Source: Neovahlkampfia damariscottae
Lineage: Eukaryota
Direction of reading: 5' to 3'
Assembly (NCBI GenBank): GCA_016618085.1
Contig: JABLTG010000185.1
Span: 1-35,572 of the forward strand
DNA length: 35,572 nt
The translations under genes and the position numbers were made by a program. Of the stretch, positions 10,003 through 21,034 are shown in pieces. The notes below the pieces were generated by a model that saw only the letters and a list, made by a program, of their open reading frames with translations, was not told the DNA's origin and searched no databases. Each line of letters opens with the position of its first letter. The first letter of the stretch is position 1.

Positions 10003-13000
10003 ATGCAGATGAACAAAGTTGAAGAAGTCGAACCACGAAAGAAATCACTGGCGACAAAACTATCATTATCAGAAACTGTGAAGAGATTTTCTGCAGGACA
10101 AAATTCTAGTCAAAAGCCTCTTTTCAAATGTGTGCTGAAGTATGAAGCTATTTATGAACATCAAGACATCGAAGACTCTTTTTTGTTATTTTTAAAAACA
10201 GAAATGAACTCTGACCCACTTGAATTTATTAGAGAATATAAAACATTCAACGACATAACGAAAGAAGTAGACAAAGTAGTTACACTAAGAAGAATACTGA
10301 ATGACTACATTTTTCCGAATGGACCAAAAGAATTGAATATTAGTGGTAAAGTTAGAAAGGATATACTGTATAAATTAAAAAACAGTGGTCAACTTGATTC
10401 AGTAAATTGGATTGAAAAAACAAGATGGGTAATGAAAGAAACATTACAAGAAATATTCTCAGAAGTTTATAAAAATATAAAAAACGATTTAGAAATTGAT
10501 AGTTATGGAAGATTTATAGAATCTCCTTTATGGAAAAGTTTAGAAAAAACCTACCAAGACAATGAAACAGTTTGTGATAAATTACCAATGTATGATATGG
10601 AAGAAGAAGAAACAGATAAAAAATGGAGACGTCAAAACAAAGAAGTTGAAAAAAAAGAAGATAAAAGACTTTTTAAATTTATGAAAAAAGAAGCAAAAAA
10701 AGAAAAAGAAGATATTACAAAAAGATCAAGTTTAGGTTTTATTCAAAAAATTTCAGATTTGAGTAAAGGTTTAGCTTCACCAAGAAAAAAACCAAGAAAA
10801 TTTTCTTCACTTCAAGTTATTGGAAAAGATGGTAGTATTAGAGTAAATAGAGATCCTTCATCAGGTGTTTCAAATCCTTCATCAAATCCTTCATTAAATA
10901 CGAGTACAAAAAAAGCAGGAATTTTAAAAAATTTAAAATCCAAAATTTTTGGTGGTAAAAAATTAGAAGATGTAAAAGTTACAGAAGAAATAAATGAAGA
11001 AGATGGTCATGATTCAGAATCTGATGATTCAGATATTGAAGAAAATTATCAAGAGAAAATTGAGCCCTTACGAAAATTCAACAACAATAGAAGTGTTCCT
11101 GTTTCTCCTGTTTCACCTTCACCTGATGTTTTAGTAGCAAAGAAACCTATTCATGATGTTATTCAATTTCAAAAAACTGAAAAGAGATTTGATGAATTAA
11201 CTTCTTCAACTGAAGAACTTTCTGTTTTAGAAAAAATTTCAAATGATGGACAGTTCAAAGAAAAAAGATTAAACAAGTTTAAAAAAATGGCTGAAACTAA
11301 AAAACGAGAAGAAGAAAGAGAGAAAATGAAAGAAGAAATTAAACTTGCAGAAAGTAAAAGAAAAGAAGAAGAAGAAAAAGCAATTCAAGCAGAACTAAAA
11401 AGAAAAGAAGAAGAAGAAAAATTATCAAAACTAAGAAAAGAAGAAGAAGAAAGAATAAAAAAAGAAATTTCCACTTTAGAATTAGAAAGAGAACAAAAAG
11501 AAAAAGAACGTATTGAAGAATTAAAAAAACAACAAGAAATCACAAGAATCTCAGAAGAAAAAAGAATAAAAGAAGAAAAACATTTGGAAGAATTAAAAAG
11601 AAGACAAAAAGAAGAAGAAGAAAGAATTGAAGAATTAAAAAGAGAACAATTAAAAACACAAAAACTTGTTGAAGAAAAAAGACAACAAGAAGAAGCTCGT
11701 CTACAAGAAGAAAAAAGAAAAGATGAAGAATTCAAAAAAAAAGAAGAAGAACGTTTGGCTGCTGAAATTGAATTAATCAACGAAAAAAGAAAATTAGAAG
11801 AAGAAAAAATTAAATTAGCTTCTGAAGAAAGATCAAAAGAAGAAAAGAAACTTGAAGAATTGAGAAAGTTATATCAACAAGAAGAAGAAAAAGTTAAAAA
11901 TGCTGCTCAAAAAAGACAACAAGAAGAAATTGAATTACAACAAAAGAAAAAGAAAGAAGAAGAAGATAGAATGATTGAAATTCAAAAAAAACAAAAAGAA
12001 GAGTTAAAACAAGCTGAAGAAAGAAAAAAACAAGAAGAAGAAAGAATTAATGAATTAAATCAAAGATTAAAAGATGAAGAAAAAAAGTTGGAAAAATTAA
12101 AACAACAACAAGAAGCTTATCGTTTAGCTGAACAAGAAAGAGCAAAAGAAATTCAAAAATTACACGAAGAAAATAGAAAACTTGTTGAACAACAAAGAAA
12201 AGCAGAAGAACTTCGTTTACAAGAATTAAAAGATAAACAAAAAGAAGAAATTGAAAAAATTGAAAGATTAAAAAAAGAACATGAAAAAGTTCAACAATTA
12301 GCAGAAGAAAAAAGAAAAAAAGAAGAAATTCAAAAACAAGAACAAGAAAGAATTTCAACTCAAAAAAAACTTGAAGAAGAAGAATTAAAAATCAGTGATG
12401 AAATGAGAAAAAAAGAAGAAGAAAGAATTTTGGATTTATTGAACAAATTAAAACAAGAAGAAGAAAAAGTAAGATTGGCAGAAGAAAAAAGAAAAAAAGA
12501 AGATGAAGAATATAAAGTTGTTAGACAAAGAAGAAAAACAGAAATTCAACAAGAAGAAGAAAGATTAATGAAAATAAAAAAAGAAGAAGAAGAAAGACAA
12601 AGAATAGCTTCTGAAAATAGAAAAAAAGAAGAAGAAAGATTGTTAGAAGAAGCAAGAATAGCTGATGAAAAAAGAAAAATGGAAGAAAGAAGAATTGAAG
12701 AAATGATAAAAAAACAAAAAGAAAATAGGTTAGCAGAAGAAGCAAGAATTCAAAAATTAAAACAAGAAGAAGAGGAAGAAAAACAACGTCTTGAAAAATT
12801 ACAAAAAATGAGACAAGAAGCAGCTAAAAAAGAAGCAGAACTTGCACAAGAATTCAAAAGAAAAGAAAAAGAGATTAGAGATGCAGAAGAAGCCAGAATT
12901 GAAAAATTAAGAAAAAAATTATCAGAAGAACGAAGAGTTGAAAAAGAAAGACTTGAACAATTAAGATTAGAAGAAGAAAAAGAAAAAAAAAGAATTGAAA

Positions 13001-14652
13001 AACAACTTGAAGAATTCCAAAAATTAGAAGATGAAAGATTTGAAAAATTCCAACAAGAAGAAAAAATTCGAAAAGAAGAAAAAAGACTCAAAAGGATGAA
13101 AAGATTAGAAGAAAAAAGATTACAAAAAGAAAAAGAAATGGAATCAACAGAAGAAGAACAACAAAATAATACATCATATTCAACAGAAGAAGAAGAAGAA
13201 AAGAAAGAAATGTTTGAAAAAGAAAGGGCAAACAAATTACATTTGAATCTTGGATTGACAAATCAAAAAGATGAAGAAAATATCTTAGAAGATGATGAAG
13301 ATGAAGATGTTGAAGATAGTGAAAAAGAGACACAAAGAAATCCAGAATTAGCAAGAGAGTACTTGTCAGAAGGCGTTCAATTGATCAAATCAAAAAATTG
13401 GGAAGATGCAGTTGATAAGTTTACACTTGCAATTGATCATGATGAAATATTAGTTGAAGCATATTTCAATAGAGGTATTTTAAATTATAACAGAGAAAAA
13501 TACTTAGCAACAACAATGGATATGTATAAAGTAATTTCTCTTGATCCAACTATGCAAAGAGCATTCAGTTTAAGAGGAATGGCTCTTAAAAAACTTGAAA
13601 AATGGGATTTGGCAATTAAGGATTTTGTCAAATCATTTGAACATGAAGTGATCACTAATAATTATATGTTGCTTGGAATTTGTTATGATCAAGTGAATAA
13701 AACAGAAGAAGCCATAAAAGCTTATTCAAATTTCATTGATAAAGTAATTGAAGATACAGATGCAAAACAAGAAGATCTTTCACCAATCAATCAAAAAAAT
13801 TTAATTTTTGTTTTTTGTAATAGAGCATTGGATTATTGTCAAACACGTGAATTTAAAAAATCATTGAAGGATTATTCAAAAGCATTGAAATTATGTCAAA
13901 ATGAAGATCAAATAAGAGAAATCAAAGGAATGAGATCAAAATGTCATAAAATCTTTGGAAATGAAGACGCAGCAAAAGAAGATTTAAAAGAATCATTAAC
14001 AGATGTTGAACATTATAATAACGGTTTTGAAGAAGTTAAACAAAAAAATTATGAAATTGCATATGAACATTTCACAAATGCAATTGATCAAAACACTCAA
14101 AATTGGAATTATTATTATGGAAGATCATTGTGTTCAAAAAATATGAAAAAATATGAAGATTGTGTTTTAGATTTAAAAATAGCAATCAAATTGAACCCAG
14201 AATCTGTTAAAGCTTTACAATTACTTGTTAAAATGTATATTCAAATTGAAAGATTTTCAAAGGCATTAAAGACTTACGAAAAATTGATTGAATTAGAACC
14301 AACTGCAAATAATTATTTTTCAAGAGCTAATTTATTATGTGAGATTGAAGGAAAAGAAGAAGAAGCTTTATATGATTATAAAATGGCAATTGAAAAAAAT
14401 CCGAATTTATATACTGCATATTTCAATCGTGGTTTGTTATATTTTCAATGTCAAAATTATAAAAAAGCTTTGAAAGATTTTAACATTACCATCGAAAACG
14501 ATCCTGAAAATTCCAATGCACATGTTGACAGAGGACTTTGTCATTATTATATGAAAAATAAAGAAGAGGCAATTAAAGATTTTAAGAAAGCAAAGAAATT
14601 AAATCCAGAAAATAAAAGAGCAATTAATATTCTGAATGATTTGAAAAAATAA
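10003..14652 (+). CDS. RGS domain + very long E/K/R-rich helical region + TPR array protein (paralog B)
   Basis: FLLFLKTEMNSDPLEFI...PKELNISGK...DSYGRFIES is an RGS fold, followed by about 600 aa of EEE/KRK-rich sequence. The TPR region aligns by eye with paralog A (EAYFNRG, FVFCNRAL, VDRGLC). First ATG at 10003. Confidence 0.88.
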   Translation: MQMNKVEEVEPRKKSLATKLSLSETVKRFSAGQNSSQKPLFKCVLKYEAIYEHQDIEDSFLLFLKTEMNSDPLEFIREYKTFNDITKEVDKVVTLRRILNDYIFPNGPKELNISGKVRKDILYKLKNSGQLDSVNWIEKTRWVMKETLQEIFSEVYKNIKNDLEIDSYGRFIESPLWKSLEKTYQDNETVCDKLPMYDMEEEETDKKWRRQNKEVEKKEDKRLFKFMKKEAKKEKEDITKRSSLGFIQKISDLSKGLASPRKKPRKFSSLQVIGKDGSIRVNRDPSSGVSNPSSNPSLNTSTKKAGILKNLKSKIFGGKKLEDVKVTEEINEEDGHDSESDDSDIEENYQEKIEPLRKFNNNRSVPVSPVSPSPDVLVAKKPIHDVIQFQKTEKRFDELTSSTEELSVLEKISNDGQFKEKRLNKFKKMAETKKREEEREKMKEEIKLAESKRKEEEEKAIQAELKRKEEEEKLSKLRKEEEERIKKEISTLELEREQKEKERIEELKKQQEITRISEEKRIKEEKHLEELKRRQKEEEERIEELKREQLKTQKLVEEKRQQEEARLQEEKRKDEEFKKKEEERLAAEIELINEKRKLEEEKIKLASEERSKEEKKLEELRKLYQQEEEKVKNAAQKRQQEEIELQQKKKKEEEDRMIEIQKKQKEELKQAEERKKQEEERINELNQRLKDEEKKLEKLKQQQEAYRLAEQERAKEIQKLHEENRKLVEQQRKAEELRLQELKDKQKEEIEKIERLKKEHEKVQQLAEEKRKKEEIQKQEQERISTQKKLEEEELKISDEMRKKEEERILDLLNKLKQEEEKVRLAEEKRKKEDEEYKVVRQRRKTEIQQEEERLMKIKKEEEERQRIASENRKKEEERLLEEARIADEKRKMEERRIEEMIKKQKENRLAEEARIQKLKQEEEEEKQRLEKLQKMRQEAAKKEAELAQEFKRKEKEIRDAEEARIEKLRKKLSEERRVEKERLEQLRLEEEKEKKRIEKQLEEFQKLEDERFEKFQQEEKIRKEEKRLKRMKRLEEKRLQKEKEMESTEEEQQNNTSYSTEEEEEKKEMFEKERANKLHLNLGLTNQKDEENILEDDEDEDVEDSEKETQRNPELAREYLSEGVQLIKSKNWEDAVDKFTLAIDHDEILVEAYFNRGILNYNREKYLATTMDMYKVISLDPTMQRAFSLRGMALKKLEKWDLAIKDFVKSFEHEVITNNYMLLGICYDQVNKTEEAIKAYSNFIDKVIEDTDAKQEDLSPINQKNLIFVFCNRALDYCQTREFKKSLKDYSKALKLCQNEDQIREIKGMRSKCHKIFGNEDAAKEDLKESLTDVEHYNNGFEEVKQKNYEIAYEHFTNAIDQNTQNWNYYYGRSLCSKNMKKYEDCVLDLKIAIKLNPESVKALQLLVKMYIQIERFSKALKTYEKLIELEPTANNYFSRANLLCEIEGKEEEALYDYKMAIEKNPNLYTAYFNRGLLYFQCQNYKKALKDFNITIENDPENSNAHVDRGLCHYYMKNKEEAIKDFKKAKKLNPENKRAINILNDLKK

Positions 14653-14725
14653 ATTTTTGTAATTTTATTCAAAAAAAAAAAAAAAACGGTCATGATTTTA
14701 TTGGTCGATTTCTTCATTTTCAAAG

Positions 14726-16425
14726 ATGCAGGCAAACTTAACTGTAAATCCAAATGTAAATGAAAGAAAAGTGAAAGAAAGTGTTGTACCAAAAAAAATG
14801 TAAGTTTTTGTTTCATTAAACTTGTGTCAAGCTCGAGAATGAGTTTCAGTGTTTTTTCACCAGAAGAGATTCGTACAACAGCACATGTCCAACTTGTAAA
14901 TAAACAACTCTTCAAATTACCACCAAATCCAAGAGAACCACAAGAATTTGGTGCTTTAGATTTAAGAATGGTTTTTTTTTTAATTTTTTTTTAAAATCTT
15001 TCTAGGGTGTTTCTTCAAAAAAAGGAAATTGTGAAACATGTGGATTACAATTGAAAGATTGTATGGGTCATTTTGGTTCTATCAGTTTGGAATTACCTGT
15101 TTTTCATATTGGTTTTTTCAAATCAATTATGGAATGTCTTCAAAGAATTTGCAAAGTAAAAAAAAAAAAACTAACTTTTGAAAAGAGTTGTGCGACTATA
15201 TTATTGACACCATCTCAGAGGTTAAACTATTTACAACGTTTAAGTAACACAAAACTTGAACCTTTACAAAGAAAAGCCATAGCAAAACAAATTCTTGATT
15301 TATGCAAAAAAGGTAACTTTTGAAATATTTTTTGACTTGTTTAAAGTACATACATGTCCACATTGTAAAGCACCAAATGGACCTGTTAAAAAAGTTACAG
15401 CTACAAAAATTGTTCATGAAGTTTACAATTCAAAATCTAAAGAAACAGAAGATGTAGCTCAAGATTTTCATGCATCTTTTGAAGAAGCAATTGAACATAA
15501 TCCAGAAATAGAACAGTTTATCACAAAAGCACATGAAGATATGAATCCTTTGAAAACTATGAATTTATTTCAAAAAATTAAAGATGAAGATGTTTTATTA
15601 TTTGATATGGATCCAAAATTATGTCGTCCTGAGAGATTTATACTTACAGAAATTATAGCACCACCTGTTTGTATTAGACCATCAGTACCAACTGAAACAG
15701 GTTCAAATGAAGATGATTTAACAATGACACTCAGTAGAATCATTGACATCAATGGAATCATTAAAAGTAACATTCAAAAAGGTATTTCAGGTGAACAATT
15801 AATGACTGCTTGGGGTTTTTTACAAGAACATTGTGCTTTGTTTATCAATAGTGAAGGTTTGATTTTAATTTTTTTTAACATTTCAAGCTCCTGGAGTTCA
15901 AACAGAGAAACCTTCAAAACCATTAAGATCTTTATGTCAAAGATTAAAAGGAAAACATGGTAGATTTAGAGGAAATTTATCTGGAAAAAGAGTTGATTTC
16001 TCAGGAAGAACTGTTATTTCACCAGATCCAAATGTTAGAATGGATGAAGTTGTTGTTCCTGTCTTAGTTGCAAAAACATTAACATATCCTGAAAAAGTTA
16101 ATCAAAATAACATTAAATGGATGCAACAATTAGTTATTAATGGTCCAGATGTTCATCCAGGTGCAAACTATGTCACACAAGGAGAATACAAAATATTTTT
16201 AAAAGTTGTCAATAGAAAAGATGTTGCTAAACAATTAAAAATTGGAGATATTGTTGAAAGACATATTATAGATGGAGATATTGTTTTATTCAATCGGCAA
16301 CCTTCTTTACATCGTTTGAGTATTATGTGTCACAGAGTAAGAATTAATTTATTTTTTAACTGTTAAAAAAAAGGCGAAAATTTTACCATACAAAACTTTT
16401 AGATTCAATACATGTGTTTGTGCAC

Positions 16426-16462
<37 letters not shown>

Positions 16463-19129
16463 ACATGTTCCACAAACTGAAGAAGCAAGAGCAGATGCTT
16501 TAACATTAATGAGTGTTTTAAACAATATGGTAACACCAAGAAATGGAGAACCATTAATATCACCTGCACAAGATATCATTACTGGATCTTATATGCTCAG
16601 TAGAAAGAACATTTTTTTTACAAGAAGTGAATTTTGTATGTTATGTTCTTATATGGGAATTGAAAATATGAAATTTGATTTACCAATTCCAACTGTTCAT
16701 AAACCAATTGAATTATGGACAGGAAAACAATTATTCACACTTTTATTAAATCCAAATAAGAATTCAAAACATTTTCTTAATTTAGAAACACCAGCAAAGA
16801 ATTATGATGGAAAGAGTTTATATATGTGCCCAAATGATGGTTATGTATGTATTCAAAATGGTGAATTTTTATGTGGAAATTTAGATAAAAATTTAGTTGG
16901 AAATGGAAGTAAAATGAATATTTTCTATAGATTAATGAAAGATTCAACACCTTCTGATGCTGCTGTATTCATGGCTAGAGTTACAAAAGTTGCAACAAGA
17001 TTTTTAAAAGATTATGGTTTTTCAATTGGAATTGATGATGTTACACCTTCAGCAAGATTAACAGAATTAAAAGAAGAACTCATGGAAGAAGGTTATATTG
17101 TTTGTGATAAAATTATTGAAGAATTTGAAAAAGGAAAATTAGAATTAATTCCAGGTTGCACATTGGAACAAACTGTTGAAGCAAGATTAAATACAGTACT
17201 TTCAGATTTAAGAATGGAAGCTGGTAAAATTTGTTTAAGAGAATTAGTTTGGAATAATGCTCCTTTAACGATGGCACTTTGTGGTTCAAAAGGTTCAACA
17301 ATTAATATTTCTCAAATGATTGCTTGTGTTGGTCAACAAACTATTGGAGGTTCAAGAATTCAAAATGGATTTATGAATAGAACTTTACCACATTTCACAG
17401 AACATTCAAGAAAACCACCAGCAAAAGGTTTTGTTAAAAACAGTTTTTATACTGGTTTAACACCAACTGAATACTTTTTTCATACCATGGCTGGAAGAGA
17501 AGGTCTCGTTGATACTGCTGTCAAAACAGCTGAAACTGGTTATATGCAAAGAAGATTAATCAAAGCATTAGAAGATTTATCAGTTCAATATGATTTAACT
17601 GTAAGAGGATCAAAACATCAAATTATTCAATTTCAATATGGAGATGATGGATTAGATCCAATTCATATGGAAGCAGATCAAGGAAGACCAATTGACTTTC
17701 AATTAGTTTTAATTGATTCATTGAATAGATACCCATGTAAAGATGAAGAATCACTTGATCCATTCGCAATTATTGATTTAAATGATGAATTAATGACTGA
17801 AAGAGCTGAAGTATTTACATCTGCATTTATCAAATCTGAAAAAGATTTCATCAAAGATTTTGCTGATTCTATTATTGATTTGCAAAATGAATTCATTGGA
17901 ACAAAAACACCAAAAGATGAAATTGACTTTTTAGTTAATAATACCAAAAGAATGTCAAAAACTCAAGTTTTGAAATTTGTTGAAAGGGTCACTGAAAAAT
18001 ATGTTTCTTATAAATCAGAACCTGGTGAAGCAGTTGGTGCTATTGCTGCTCAATCTATTGGAGAACCAGGTACTCAAATGACTTTAAAAACTTTTCATTT
18101 TGCTGGTGTTGCTTCCATGAATGTCACACAAGGTGTTCCTAGAATTGTTGAAATTATTAATGCTGTTGGGAATATCAGTACTCCAATTATCACAGCTCAA
18201 TTAATGATGAATAGTGATGAAAAATCAGCTAGAATAATCAAAGGAAGAATTGAAAAAACTACATTAGGAGAAGTCTCAAAATATATTCGTGAAGTGTTTG
18301 ATATTGGTGTTTGTTACATTGATATTGAATTAAACTTTGATATTATTAATGCTCTTCAATTGGAAGTGTCAAATTTATCAGTTGTTAAATCAATTCTATC
18401 ACAACCAAAATTAAAACTCAAAGAACAATTTATTCGTATTGTTGATGGAAAAATTAGAGTCTATCCAACACAAACTCATAAAGAATTGATGACTTTTAAT
18501 CTTCAATTCTTGAAGAGATCACTTCCAAAAATTATAATTTCTGGAATAGAATCCATCACAAGAGCAATCATCAACACGAAAGATAAAAAAGGAAATAAAT
18601 CATTAGCCAATGAATATCAACTTTTAGTTGAAGGTAGAGATTTAAGAGCTGTCATGGGAACAGCAGGTGTTGATGGTCTTACTACAAAATCAAATAGTAA
18701 CCATTTGAATTTTAATTAACTTTTTTAGATGTACTTGAAGTTGCTGAGACATTGGGTATTGAATCAGCCAGACAAACAATCATCAATGAAATTCAATTCA
18801 CAATGTCAAGTCATGGAATGAGTATTGATAATCGTCATGTTATGCTTTTAGGTGATATCATGACTAACAAAGGTGAGGTTTTAGGTATCACACGTCATGG
18901 TATTTCAAAATTAAAAGATAGTGCTCTTATGTTGGCTTCTTTTGAACAAACTCATGAACATTTATTTGATGCTGCTGTTCATTCAAGAAAAGATGATGTT
19001 TTAGGAGTGAGTGAAAGTATCATTATGGGTATTCCAATAAATCTTGGAACTGGAATGTTTAAATTGATTAGAGATGTTAAAGTTAAAAAACAAGTTTCAA
19101 AAACACCTTTATTTTTCAGTTATAAATAA
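14726..19129 (+). CDS. RPC1: DNA-directed RNA polymerase III largest subunit (8 exons)
   Basis: Introns at 14800-14831, 14971-15005, 15156-15185, 15313-15346, 15857-15887, 16337-16373 and 18697-18728 give one frame. It contains CETCG...[38 protein letters not shown], the catalytic [16 protein letters not shown] and [13 protein letters not shown]. These are Pol III-type variants, and there is no CTD heptad tail. Confidence 0.96.
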
Positions 19130-19224
19130 ATAATTTGAAATTTCAAAAAAATGAAAATTCGATTTTTATTTATATCGACTTTGGTTATTTTTGATTTGTT
19201 CATTTTTTTTGTCAGTTGTGAAAA

Positions 19225-19825
19225 ATGAGTTACAATCAACTGAATCAATCAAACTGTAAAATATTGATACAATCACCAAAGAATTATTCTTTTCATTATG
19301 AAAAAAATTTGGGTGCAGAAAGAATGGAAACTTTTCTATACAAGTTCAAATTACCTTTTATTCTGTTTTTATATGCAACATCATTTGACAAACAGGAAAT
19401 ACTTCAAAATTTAGAACAAGTTTATCCTCATAAATCAACTTTTTTTGCTGAATACTCAGATTGGATTTTCACATTAACTCCAACTGACTTGTCAAAATTC
19501 AAAACTGTTCTTTTGGAGTCCTTGCACAAATTTAAGTATGGTAATTTTGATAATTACGAGGATGGTTTTTCAATATTTTTTTTTTATGCGTCAGAGAAGA
19601 GTTATTACCAACACTCAAAGTTTTGATAAAAGATAAAATATACACAAATGTGAATTTTACTGATTTCTATGGTAATACTGCTTTAATGTGGGCTTATTTT
19701 ATGAGTGTAGTTCTGTTTTTAAATTTCTGATTGAAAATGGTGCTTCGTTAAAAATAAAAAATAAATTCGGAGTTGATATGTAATGGATTCATGGAAAAAC
19801 ATAAAATATATTAAAATGTATTGAA
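19225..19825 (+). pseudogene. Ankyrin-repeat gene disrupted by frameshifts and a premature stop
   Basis: After ...EDGFSIFFFYASEKS the ankyrin-like sequence continues in other frames: LPTLKVLIKDKIYTNVNFTDFYGNTALMWAY, then SVFKFLIENGASLKIKNKFGVDM*. No splice sites rescue the frame. Confidence 0.65.
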
Positions 19826-19942
19826 AATAAAGAATAATGTATCACAGGACGGAATAAAATCTTTATTTTATATAGACAAGATATTTAGCTGTTAATCTTC
19901 ATTTCCTGACATGCAAAGTAATTTGAGTTTTACAGTAAATAT

Positions 19943-20979
19943 TTATTTCAATCTTTTTTCAATCCAATTCCAGATGTCATTTTTAATTTCATCTTTTTTT
20001 GGTTCAAAGAATAATTCATGACGTGTTTTTTCATACAATTTGAATTCTTTATCGTCACTTTTACTTTTTTCAAAAAAGATTTTTGCATGTTCATGACTAC
20101 AAGCAGTATCAGTGTCCCCTTGAACAAATATAAAAGGATAACTAAAATCTTCTAAATGTTCTTGTAAATCTAAAAATGCTGTTTGCATAGCAACACCAGT
20201 TCCAATTCTTAAATTACCAACATAATTGTATTTACAATTATTGAAGATTTCATGTTCTTCTTCAATTGAGCTATTTAATAAAGAATTTGAGTTTTAAAAA
20301 AAGAAAACTCACTTTAAGCCTTTTAAACCTTCAATCATGGCATAAGTTGGAGCCAAATAATTTAACACAATAGCTGCTTTTATTACTAACCAGTTTGGTG
20401 GATTTGCAGGATAAATCAATGCTCCAGAGAGAACAACTCCATCAACTAAATTTTTTGCTTTACGACAAGCTTGAATAACAATCAAACCACCTAAATATCA
20501 ATTAAATAATTTCATTGAATACCCATAGAGTTTCCATGCAAAAAGAGTTTCATTCCTTCTTTTAAATGATTCTTTTTAATGTCTTGAATATATTCAATTA
20601 AGTCATCACAAACCAAATCAATACTATCAACATAACCAGGTAATCCATCTGAATCTTTATAAAAAATTAAAAAAAATGACAATTTTTTTTTACGTCCATG
20701 ACCATAAGCGTCGATTAAAAAAACAGCCATGTTCAATTTTTGAACAATTTCAGTGGCATATTCGAAATACCTCGAAGAATGTTCAGCGTATCCATGATGC
20801 ATGACGTAAATGCCGTCGTAACTACCATCTAAAGGAAATAGTTGTTGAGTATAAATAGAGGTAGGTGTTTTTCTTGATGAAGTTTTGATTATACTTTGAG
20901 TATGTTTGACTCCTTTGTAGTATTGTTTATCTTGATGAGGATGAGGATCTGGTAAGTAAGCTTTTTGTTCAACTGACAT
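19943..20979 (-). CDS. Monoacylglycerol lipase / lysophospholipase-like alpha/beta hydrolase (4 exons)
   Basis: Motifs HHGYAEHSSRY, DAYGHG(H)SDG, nucleophile GNSMGG (split by an intron), QGDTD and HELFFEP. Introns at 20655-20693, 20491-20522 and 20271-20312. Confidence 0.9.
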
Positions 20980-21034
20980 TATTGAACTGTGATTGGTGGA
21001 AAATTAATAGACGAATAAAATTTATGAAAAAAAA

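Noticed and set aside
11290..13210. GAA/AAA-rich repetitive DNA as a satellite or CRISPR-like array
   Set aside because: There is no fixed repeat-spacer unit. It is Glu/Lys/Arg-rich coding sequence within one open frame.
7219..13354. Antisense ORFs rich in F/S/L (e.g. 7219-7758, 7774-8184, 11385-11780, 12750-13235)
   Set aside because: Shadow frames of purine-rich sense codons with no independent motifs.
14726..19129. Fragmented RNA polymerase ORFs as a pseudogene, split viral polymerase or alternative genetic code
   Set aside because: Every break is resolved by a short GT-AG intron, and long intronless ORFs end at standard stops.
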